Source: a virus. From it: a stretch of DNA of 64,000 bases. Under the pieces are notes generated by a model. The model saw only the letters and a list, made by a program, of their open reading frames with translations. It ran no database searches and was not told where the DNA came from. Location of the stretch: IMG/VR virus record IMGVR_UViG_3300042731_011014, positions 32,001-96,000 of that record. The stretch is one strand, 5' to 3'. Below are positions 1-7,644 of this stretch, one piece after another (positions within the stretch are counted from its first letter, which is position 1; each line of letters starts with the position of its first letter). The position numbers and the translations under genes were made by a program.

Positions 1-3
1 CCA

Positions 4-339
4 TTAGTTGGTTAAAAAATCCTTTAACTTACCTGATACTTGAAATATCTCATTAAACTTCGACATATCCTTAATGTCAGAAAAAACCACAACATCGAGG
101 TTTCCTGCCATTAAATCAAAGCCACCCTCGAGATACCTTTTTTTCATATTGTTAATTCTTTTTTTAACAGTATTAACAGAACCATGACAAAGCACTACAT
201 AACCCTGTCTATCATATCCTATTGCAACCTTTTGGCATGAATAAACAACGTTCATAATTTTGTTACCAATCTTTGCACACCAACGATAAACCCCATTATC
301 ATCAACGAGTTCATACCTTTTTTGATTACTATAAAACAC
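4..339 (-). CDS. hypothetical phage protein (111 aa)
   Basis: ORF in the co-oriented gene string, overlapping the stop of the upstream gene; no motif recognised. Confidence 0.6.
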   Translation of the reverse strand: MFYSNQKRYELVDDNGVYRWCAKIGNKIMNVVYSCQKVAIGYDRQGYVVLCHGSVNTVKKRINNMKKRYLEGGFDLMAGNLDVVVFSDIKDMSKFNEIFQVSGKLKDFLTN

Positions 340-841
340 CTAATATCCTCCATAGCGAAACAACCTTGATCCAAAACTTCTTATCTCTGCACCTTACATC
401 CCCATTAAGCGCATCAAGCGCATATTTAACACTCTCGATCATATCAAATGAGTAAAACCTATGTCCATTCAACCCTCTAAATGGCGTTGGCGGCATCGAT
501 CCCTTTGCTTCCCATGTTCTTACAGTCTTAGTTGTTCTACCTATAAAATTAGCAAGAGCACCAATTTTATAAAGCTTAATATCTTTCAATTCCCCCTTCA
601 CCATTACTTTAGCAACTACTGGTATATAGTTTATTTCCTTGAATTTTTTCCTAATCCTATCCCTTTCGCTATAAGCTCTGCTCTTAATATTATCCCTAAA
701 TGCTTTATTACACCTATACCTATTCCGTTTATAAGCTAGAATTTTTTCTCTATTTTTTAAGTAATAGCCTTTCTTGTATTCTAAAATTTTATTTCTAACC
801 TTTAGGTAGTATTTTCTATGCTTACTTATTTTCCTTCTCAT
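329..841 (-). CDS. MerR-type helix-turn-helix DNA-binding protein with basic N-terminus
   Basis: C-terminal LYKIGALANFIGRTTKTVRTWEAKGSMPPTPFRGLNGHRFYS matches the MerR/excisionase-like winged HTH pattern. Confidence 0.7.
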   Translation of the reverse strand: MRRKISKHRKYYLKVRNKILEYKKGYYLKNREKILAYKRNRYRCNKAFRDNIKSRAYSERDRIRKKFKEINYIPVVAKVMVKGELKDIKLYKIGALANFIGRTTKTVRTWEAKGSMPPTPFRGLNGHRFYSFDMIESVKYALDALNGDVRCRDKKFWIKVVSLWRILGVL

Positions 842-1242
842 GGCTCCTCTATAAGGTTAGTAACTGTATTCCAATCATAGACCTCCAATACCCCAATCAC
901 CATAGATTCGATCTCGCTCTCATCAAAATCTCTGCATGAGCAAATATTGAGCCAAAAAAATCCACCATCATCTCTTTGTAAGTTTCTTTTAGACCAACCG
1001 TGAAACGATATGTGAGATGTTGAAAGTATCAAAGCACTAGAACCGCCTTCGTCGTAAAAAACCGCCTCCCCTTTCCTGCTAAGATCTTCTTTAACATTTA
1101 CAGAAATTGATTTCAAAACCCTCATTCCTATAAGATCACATATGCATGACAGTAACCACTTTATATCCCCTTCTGAGTTAAGAAAATCCCTCCTCTTAGT
1201 CCAACCGACTAAATCAACACTTTTGCCTATTATTCTTTTCAT
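838..1242 (-). CDS. S-adenosylmethionine decarboxylase proenzyme-like protein (SpeD/SpeH family)
   Basis: GGSSALILSTSHISFHGW followed by WLNICSC resembles the SpeH core G-x-T-G-x-x-x-L-x-E-S-H-I-S-I-H-T-W...D-x-F-T-C; 134 aa fits the family size. Confidence 0.65.
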   Translation of the reverse strand: MKRIIGKSVDLVGWTKRRDFLNSEGDIKWLLSCICDLIGMRVLKSISVNVKEDLSRKGEAVFYDEGGSSALILSTSHISFHGWSKRNLQRDDGGFFWLNICSCRDFDESEIESMVIGVLEVYDWNTVTNLIEEP

Positions 1243-4200
1243 CCCTTTGTCCTTTAAGGTAACCTTTTCTTTTGTAAAACTTTTCCCTACTTAAATACAT
1301 ATTGTTAAATTCAGGAATCATACTATCAACCATGTCAACTATTATAACAGGGGTTTTTTTACCCTTATCGTATCTAGCGGCCCTTCCGACAGCTTGCTCA
1401 ACGTCAGACATGGGAGATGCTAATACCTCTGTATCAATATCAGGTATGTCCAATGCTTGAGACGCCATTTGAAAAGTCGCAAAAATAACTTGGGCTCGCT
1501 CTGCTTTTTTTAACTCATCATCAGTTCTTTTTTTCTTTTTTCGTTTTTTATTCTCATCAACCTCATTGGTAAACCATTGGCCTGTATAATAATCAACAAC
1601 CGTACATGGACCAAGTTTAGTATCTAAAAAATAATCCTTAATTCTATCAAGGTGAAATAAAGATGATGATAGAACAATTACTTTCCTTTTAGCCTCAACT
1701 ATTCTCTCTAATTCAAGAGCTATTCTTTGATTCCTTTTCTTATTAGCATAAAGGAACTTTAGCTTAATCTCTTTTGGGAGTTTACCTGGATCAACTTTAT
1801 CCGTCTTAATTATATCAAATCCAGTCCACACCCTTTTAACAATAATATCCATCTTTTTGGTATTAGATTTGTATCCAACCCTACCAATATGATATAGGAA
1901 AACCTTTTCCGTTCCATCTTTCCTTCTTGGAGTCGCTGAATTGTGTACAAGTATTCCACTAGAAACAAATGAACAGTGACCACAAACTTCAAGATCGTAA
2001 ACATATTTTGGCCGAGCAACATCTCGAATCTCTCGCACAATTCCCTCGGCAAAATTCATGTCTCCATGAACAAATCTCCTCCTACTACCATATCGCCCAT
2101 ATGAATTACCATCGAGAGCATGTTTTGAAAAATACACAACATATTTTATTCTCCTGCCTTTTATTCTTCTACCATCAATCATTCCACCACTCACCCTCTC
2201 ACTCACAGAGCACCCAGATAATACCCCAAGACTTCTAAGTAACGATTGACATCCATATGCAAGGCTCTTAGAAGTAGTAGTAAAATGGTAACTTTTCTTA
2301 TCACCATCCCTCTCACTTAAACTACCATCTGAATCAAGTAGCCCCATTAAAAGTTCCATCCTGTCGTTTTTTTTCCATCCAACTATCCACTCCCCAGGAA
2401 TCCATTTTTTATAACAATAAATCTTATCACCCCAAACTGATCGAAATATTTCCGCAACAATCCTATTAGAGTATCCTACTTGACAACTACCTTGTCTTTT
2501 TTCTGTCGATAATTTCCAATTCACCCATCTCAAATCAGACATCTTCTCGATAAAATTAGAAACATCCCTCTCCTTAACAGAGAAACATATTTTACCACCA
2601 TCTAACCACCCATTGCCAAGCCAAAATCCAAACATATAAGCCCAGTCTCTAAGTTCTACTACGCATGATACATACGTACCACTTGCACCCTCTGTATAAA
2701 TCAACTCAGGATCACTCAAAAACTTTCTTTTTCTAATAAATTCTTTTATTGGCAGCCTGCTACCATATTTACCATTTAAATATCTCCACCTGGTTTTTGA
2801 ATCATATTCTTTAACATCTTCTCTGGTTAATCCAACAGCTACATGGACCTTGCTTAAATTAATAGCAGATTTCATAATAATAGATGGAACATCTATAGAA
2901 CCTAAAGAACCACCTCCCCACTCATTCCCATTATCTACAAAAAGACAATCACCTTCAACAATATCCGCGACTCTACACTTTTCAATACCTGCTATTTCCT
3001 TCTTTTTCCCATTTACATACTTGTAATCCAACCCAGCAACTCTAAATATCTCGTGACTTGCAGTAGCTACCAACCTGTTTCCCGACACTGTCAGCTCTTT
3101 AACATTATCGGTACAATTATGCCGGAATATTTTCTTAACCTCCTTCCATTTAAAATCTCTACCACTCCAACCTCTACTGCTAATTCCAGAATTTCTTGTA
3201 TCAATAACTCCATCCTTCTCTGAAAAAAACCTTGAAGCCATAGAATACGCATCCTGTATTTTTCCAACCCAACCACGCCCAAAAATTCCACCTCTCAATT
3301 CCACAACAGATTCTGGGCCAACACTAAGACCAATGCGATTCCTTGCCCTGAACATGGGCATTAATGGCGAAAATGTTGGAGCAGATATCCTATGCACCTC
3401 GTCGGCGATAACTAATCCTGGCCAATCATAAACCTCTTGAGGATATTTACCTTTTCTCATTGATTGCATCATGCCAATTACAACGTCACATCCGCTCGTT
3501 TGACATATATTAGATCTAATAAAGCCAACCTTAACACCTGGAACAAATTCCTCAAGCCTAGCCTTCCATTGATTCATTAAAAACTCGCGATCAACTAGAA
3601 CAAGCGTTGACATTCCAATCGTTGCTATAATTGAACACGCCACAACCGTGTTATGAGTTACTGTAAAATCACCCAATAAGAATCTGCCATCACTATCAAG
3701 TTCAAATCCAGCATACTCACCAACACCATCATCCCTAATGCTAATACCTGTCCTTGTAGCACATTTTATTTGTTTCCTTTCTCCGGGAAACTTCCTCTTT
3801 ATCCTCATTGGGATATCTTTAAAATCACCGGAAACAATCATCCTATAGCAAGTTTTGCTATTAACAACTTTCTCACTAACTGTAACCATAAAACCAAGAG
3901 ACCTAGCTAAAAAACATATACCATCCGCATAACCTTTTCTTGATTGAATTATCTCCATGCACCCGCCAGCATTATTTCCATCAGTATCTAAAATACCAGC
4001 AAAAAATTCTCTTCTATTGTATCTGGAAGATACAAGAAACTTTTTTGGTATACTGCAAGAATTCCTCCCAAAAATATCCCTCATCAACGAAAGCAACCTG
4101 TTACTACCACCACGTTCTCCACATGTTATATGATATGTTGGACAGCCGTTGTAAGAATAATCTGTTCTAACAAAAAGATCAAATTTTCTCGCAATCCTAT

Positions 4201-5026
4201 CACATTCATTATAAATTTCTACATCAGGGTTACTTATCGCAACACCATTCAGATTTTTAGTACCATCCCCAATCCAAATACCAGCAAAATAAGGATCAAT
4301 TGGCAATTTAGGATATGGCTCAGGAAAATCTATACCATTTGGAGGAGAAAATTGTTTATATCTAGATCTCTGGGACTCCGTCAAAGACCTCCATTCATCA
4401 ATAGATATATCTACAATTTCTTTGCTTTTATTATTTACAAGAGTAAGAATATGAACATCATTACACACCCATGATTCGCCTTTTATTGGAATAATTCTCC
4501 TCAATTCGCCAACGCCACGAGTAGTGGACAATACCTTCTTTGGCTTACTATCTGGTCCCATTAACATATCACCAGCTTTTACATCTTCAACACATGTAAT
4601 GTCACCATTATAATGAAGAACCTTCGTTCCAATTTTAAGGCACTTACCAAATCCTGGCTCTGCTTGTATTATCAAGCCAGTTCCAGGATGCTTTAAATAA
4701 TCTACAGCAACATCATGTGCATTTTCCTGATCATGTCGAAAATTAATCCTGGATTTTAAAAATACTTGATTACCATGACTTAGTCTATACTCAATATCTA
4801 TTCCAATTAACCCTTTTTGAAAGAAATATTCTCTAGGAATTCCAATATAGTTACCCCTTTGCTCATACATAAAAATTGGTTTCGGATCATCAGCAAGTCT
4901 ATGCATTTTTCTTGGAGTAACAGTTAATTGCTTCCTATACTCAAACAACCCGTTTATTTCCATGTCATCAGCATGGATCCATGCCATACCGTTAAGGATA
5001 GCTTTCACCCTACGCTCTCCTGACAA
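1214..5026 (-). CDS. superfamily 2 helicase (UvsW/XPB-like) with two inteins
   Basis: After intein removal: Walker A AEPGFGK|T, DEVH, motif III SAT, ALDIPDID and EQAVGRAAR. Confidence 0.9.
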   Translation of the reverse strand: MSGERRVKAILNGMAWIHADDMEINGLFEYRKQLTVTPRKMHRLADDPKPIFMYEQRGNYIGIPREYFFQKGLIGIDIEYRLSHGNQVFLKSRINFRHDQENAHDVAVDYLKHPGTGLIIQAEPGFGKCLKIGTKVLHYNGDITCVEDVKAGDMLMGPDSKPKKVLSTTRGVGELRRIIPIKGESWVCNDVHILTLVNNKSKEIVDISIDEWRSLTESQRSRYKQFSPPNGIDFPEPYPKLPIDPYFAGIWIGDGTKNLNGVAISNPDVEIYNECDRIARKFDLFVRTDYSYNGCPTYHITCGERGGSNRLLSLMRDIFGRNSCSIPKKFLVSSRYNRREFFAGILDTDGNNAGGCMEIIQSRKGYADGICFLARSLGFMVTVSEKVVNSKTCYRMIVSGDFKDIPMRIKRKFPGERKQIKCATRTGISIRDDGVGEYAGFELDSDGRFLLGDFTVTHNTVVACSIIATIGMSTLVLVDREFLMNQWKARLEEFVPGVKVGFIRSNICQTSGCDVVIGMMQSMRKGKYPQEVYDWPGLVIADEVHRISAPTFSPLMPMFRARNRIGLSVGPESVVELRGGIFGRGWVGKIQDAYSMASRFFSEKDGVIDTRNSGISSRGWSGRDFKWKEVKKIFRHNCTDNVKELTVSGNRLVATASHEIFRVAGLDYKYVNGKKKEIAGIEKCRVADIVEGDCLFVDNGNEWGGGSLGSIDVPSIIMKSAINLSKVHVAVGLTREDVKEYDSKTRWRYLNGKYGSRLPIKEFIRKRKFLSDPELIYTEGASGTYVSCVVELRDWAYMFGFWLGNGWLDGGKICFSVKERDVSNFIEKMSDLRWVNWKLSTEKRQGSCQVGYSNRIVAEIFRSVWGDKIYCYKKWIPGEWIVGWKKNDRMELLMGLLDSDGSLSERDGDKKSYHFTTTSKSLAYGCQSLLRSLGVLSGCSVSERVSGGMIDGRRIKGRRIKYVVYFSKHALDGNSYGRYGSRRRFVHGDMNFAEGIVREIRDVARPKYVYDLEVCGHCSFVSSGILVHNSATPRRKDGTEKVFLYHIGRVGYKSNTKKMDIIVKRVWTGFDIIKTDKVDPGKLPKEIKLKFLYANKKRNQRIALELERIVEAKRKVIVLSSSLFHLDRIKDYFLDTKLGPCTVVDYYTGQWFTNEVDENKKRKKKKRTDDELKKAERAQVIFATFQMASQALDIPDIDTEVLASPMSDVEQAVGRAARYDKGKKTPVIIVDMVDSMIPEFNNMYLSREKFYKRKGYLKGQRDEKNNRQKC
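1940..3325 (-). mobile_element. Ser-initiated intein with LAGLIDADG endonuclease before helicase motif III (aa 568-1029)
   Basis: RIGL|SVGPESVVEL...SGILVHN|SATP; blocks MFGFWLGNG and LLMGLLDSDGS. Confidence 0.9.
3650..4642 (-). mobile_element. intein with LAGLIDADG endonuclease in the helicase P-loop (aa 129-459)
   Basis: GFGK|CLKIGTKVLHYNG...GDFTVTHN|T; LAGLIDADG-like blocks FAGIWIGDG and FFAGILDTDG. Confidence 0.92.
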
Positions 5027-5231
5027 TAATTATTTGCTTGTTATCTTCTGGATCGAAAAGACTATCAAACACAATAAAAGCTTTCTTTTCACCATTACCA
5101 TCCAAATCAAGTAATAGTTTTTGACCGGCCGGCATGAGTTCAAGATGTATAGACATTTTGGACTCAATCTCAGAATTGCCTAATCCAGTAGGTAAGCCAA
5201 CTTCCATCATTACATCAGTCAAATACGTCAT
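5010..5231 (-). CDS. hypothetical protein (73 aa)
   Basis: ORF in the coupled gene string. Confidence 0.6.
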   Translation of the reverse strand: MTYLTDVMMEVGLPTGLGNSEIESKMSIHLELMPAGQKLLLDLDGNGEKKAFIVFDSLFDPEDNKQIIIVRRA

Positions 5232-5404
5232 ATGTTTTCCTCAAAATCCCTTTCAATCTCGTCAATATCATCATCAGTTAAACGCTCAAAACACTCATGT
5301 AACTCTTCTTTTACATTGTCTATTCTATCCTTACTCGCACCTTTATCAATTAAACCTCTAAGCTTCCTTGAAACTCTTATATAGTCATCTAAAGTTACAC
5401 TCAT
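5228..5404 (-). CDS. small hypothetical protein (58 aa, MSVTLDDYIRVSRKL...; below the ORF-track cutoff)
   Basis: Fills the gap exactly, with a TAATG overlap upstream and an ATGA overlap downstream. Confidence 0.6.
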   Translation of the reverse strand: MSVTLDDYIRVSRKLRGLIDKGASKDRIDNVKEELHECFERLTDDDIDEIERDFEENI

Positions 5405-5754
5405 TAAAATTTCTTACCGCCATGCTTATGGGGCCTACTCAAATTGTAACGCATCTTTTCAACTATAGCCTTGCCAATATCAAGACCTTTTCCTTTTGAA
5501 AAATCCATTATCCTAATAACCACATCGGCAAGCTCAACCGATGCGCTATCAAGATCAATCATGTCATCTTTTGGATTCCCATTTCTAAGTCCTTCGAGTG
5601 CTTCTGAAAGCTCGGAATGCATTAGAGCTATAAGCTCACCATCATTCCTATTCTTCCCGTCATCCCAGAATCCTTTTTTAATAAAGTTATCATGAATATG
5701 CTCAGCCATTTTATCCCAGTGATCAATAAATCTGTCTGTATCCTGTTTTTTCAT
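5404..5754 (-). CDS. MazG-like all-alpha NTP pyrophosphohydrolase
   Basis: ALMHSELSEALE...VELADVVIRIMD is the ExxE...E-x-x-D metal-binding pattern. Confidence 0.85.
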   Translation of the reverse strand: MKKQDTDRFIDHWDKMAEHIHDNFIKKGFWDDGKNRNDGELIALMHSELSEALEGLRNGNPKDDMIDLDSASVELADVVIRIMDFSKGKGLDIGKAIVEKMRYNLSRPHKHGGKKF

Positions 5755-6052
5755 AAAAATCCCTTTACTTTGCCCCCTAGCAACCTAAGAGTTATTAGAA
5801 CAATGTCAGCACAAACAATTTTTGTATCAACAAATTCACTGAATTCTTCAAATTCATTTGCTAACGTTCCTTGAGAGTAGTCAACAAAATTGACATATCT
5901 CATATTAGGGTACCATTTGTTCGTTTCTAGTTCTTCTTTACTGAACAGTTTTGCATCGCAGAGTTCAGTAACCCATTTTGTAGGATTAATATTTTTCAGA
6001 AATTCAAATTTGTCCCTTCTTACTAAGACATATGCTCTTTTCTTTTATCCAT
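5751..6052 (-). pseudogene. about 100-codon gene with a frameshift just after its start codon
   Basis: RBS-preceded ATG at 6052 is out of frame with a roughly 95-codon open frame (KKRAYVLVRRDKFEF...KVKGFL*) that ends in an ATGA overlap with the MazG-like gene. Confidence 0.45.
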
Positions 6053-6059
6053 TGTTCAC

Positions 6060-6350
6060 CTACCACATTTCTATTATAATAGAACACGAACTGCCTTCAA
6101 ACATATATTCACTATAAAGGTATCTTGGTTCATAGTTAATAAATATCTTCTTAGTACCAAGCGCTAATGATATTTTTTCCATCATATCAAAAGTTATGTT
6201 CACATATTCATTAAATTCTACAGTAACAACTCTACATTTATCATCCTGAAACCATATTTGATTTCTATTTATCCGATTATTACCTATTACACCCATAATT
6301 TGTTCAATTATTTGATCTTTATCCATCTGATTATTACCTATTACACCCAT
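6060..6350 (-). CDS. hypothetical protein with duplicated 18-aa N-terminal segment
   Basis: ORF track; contains a 54-bp-period duplication. Confidence 0.6.
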   Translation of the reverse strand: MGVIGNNQMDKDQIIEQIMGVIGNNRINRNQIWFQDDKCRVVTVEFNEYVNITFDMMEKISLALGTKKIFINYEPRYLYSEYMFEGSSCSIIIEMW

Positions 6351-6374
6351 AATTTGTTCAATTATTTGATCTTT
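6275..6374. repeat. tandem direct repeat, 46 bp identical, 54-bp period
   Basis: gattattacctattacacccataatttgttcaattatttgatcttt occurs at 6275-6320 and 6329-6374. Confidence 0.95.
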
Positions 6375-6402
6375 TCTTACCTGGACATTTATCCATATGA
6401 TT

Positions 6403-6613
6403 GCCTATGCATTAGCGGGAATCGAACCCGCAAGCCCCCCACGGACTCTCTAAATTAAGGCTACAAGGCCGCATAACTGAGCAAGCTGCTCAGCTTACTG
6501 CCTTGAGCCTTAATGCTGGTTACGTAATCCAGCGCCATCTGTTTCAGTAGACCGTCTATCCGTTTAAAGCATCCCAGTCAAAACAACCGAAACTGCCTAG
6601 GCGTTTGCATCCC
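6403..6613 (-). ncRNA. putative structured ncRNA with a tRNA-type T-arm at its 3' end
   Basis: GC-rich intergenic island. It has a perfect T-arm GCGGG-TTCGATT-CCCGC (6415-6431), a 61-nt internal hairpin (6454-6514) and 5'/3' pairing GCCTAGGCA/TGCATAGGC. Confidence 0.55.
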
Positions 6614-6628
6614 TTTTTTGTTAAAAGA

Positions 6629-7333
6629 TTAAAAAGGAATATCATCCTCTACTGGCTTATCACTATTCTTCTTGTTTTCATTGTTCGTGAAAACGGACTC
6701 CTCTCTACGTACTGCATTTAGTATTCTAAGTAACTCGGAGCGACTTTTTGGAGCAAAGAATTTTTCATAATCGTAGGACTCAGGTGTCCATATTTTACCT
6801 TGTTTATCTTTGTACTTAAACTCATCAGCACTAAGATCCACCTCACCTAAAAACTCGCGGATATCACCTGAACTTGCATCGGTCTCAGACGCCCTATAGA
6901 ACTCGTATTTACATCCTTCCAGTGACCCTCTACGCTGTCTAGATCGCTCAATTGCCTTTGCCACATCTGTTTTTACAGCAAGTAACCTCTTGACATTTTT
7001 TCTTTCATTCCCTTTTTTATCAACCCATGGAGTAGCATCGATAACAGTATACATAGTTACATAATATTTTTTCTGACCCGAATCGCACAGTGGACAGCCT
7101 TCAGGATTTTCATCAGGTGGAATGTTTTCAAGACATGTGAACCAATTTTGCCATGTTCCATTTAGGTAAAGTTGATGCTCCCAGAACTGAATACATTCGT
7201 CATCGACAAAGATAATTTCTCTATATTTATCAGGTGGCATCCATACCCGCTGAGGAGGTTTAGCTCTATTTTTCTGTTCCTCTTCTCTTGCCTCTTCAAA
7301 ACCATCGTACCCTGTTTTAAACCATCCGGCCAT
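6629..7333 (-). CDS. phage single-stranded DNA-binding protein (gp32-like, Zn motif)
   Basis: Aromatic-rich core, C-x10-CPLC, acidic tail ending DDIPF (SSB-like C-terminus), next to the primase. Confidence 0.75.
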   Translation of the reverse strand: MAGWFKTGYDGFEEAREEEQKNRAKPPQRVWMPPDKYREIIFVDDECIQFWEHQLYLNGTWQNWFTCLENIPPDENPEGCPLCDSGQKKYYVTMYTVIDATPWVDKKGNERKNVKRLLAVKTDVAKAIERSRQRRGSLEGCKYEFYRASETDASSGDIREFLGEVDLSADEFKYKDKQGKIWTPESYDYEKFFAPKSRSELLRILNAVRREESVFTNNENKKNSDKPVEDDIPF

Positions 7334-7349
7334 TCTTCATTCTCCTTCG

Positions 7350-7619
7350 TCAATTTTTTGACTTTAGTTTACACCATTTCGGCGCCTTAAATTCAAATTC
7401 CCTTTTGGATTCTTCCTCTCTTTGTTTTTCCTCTTTGACCCTTATAATATCTCTTAATTGTTTAATATTAACCTTGGTAACTTTAAAACATCTTGGACAG
7501 GTAACATCATCGTTAATATCTTTTGCATGTTCAATAATTTCAATTCCGCACTCTGGACAAATTAAATTTAAATCATTGTTTACACCAAAACATTCACTCA
7601 TGATAGCACCCAATCTCAC
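7350..7619 (-). CDS. small zinc-ribbon protein
   Basis: CPECG...CPRC. Confidence 0.65.
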   Translation of the reverse strand: MRLGAIMSECFGVNNDLNLICPECGIEIIEHAKDINDDVTCPRCFKVTKVNIKQLRDIIRVKEEKQREEESKREFEFKAPKWCKLKSKN

Positions 7620-7644
7620 TTGTTCAATGATGCTTAACTATTTT

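Noticed and set aside
6520-6613. Resemblance to a c-di-GMP-I riboswitch (GGGATGC, GGTCTA...ATGGC)
   Set aside because: The GNRA tetraloop/receptor and GCAAA spacing are not in the required arrangement; left to a covariance search.
6403-6613. Firm call as tmRNA
   Set aside because: Too short, no GGGG-type 5' acceptor strand with a G3-U70 pair, and no CCA.
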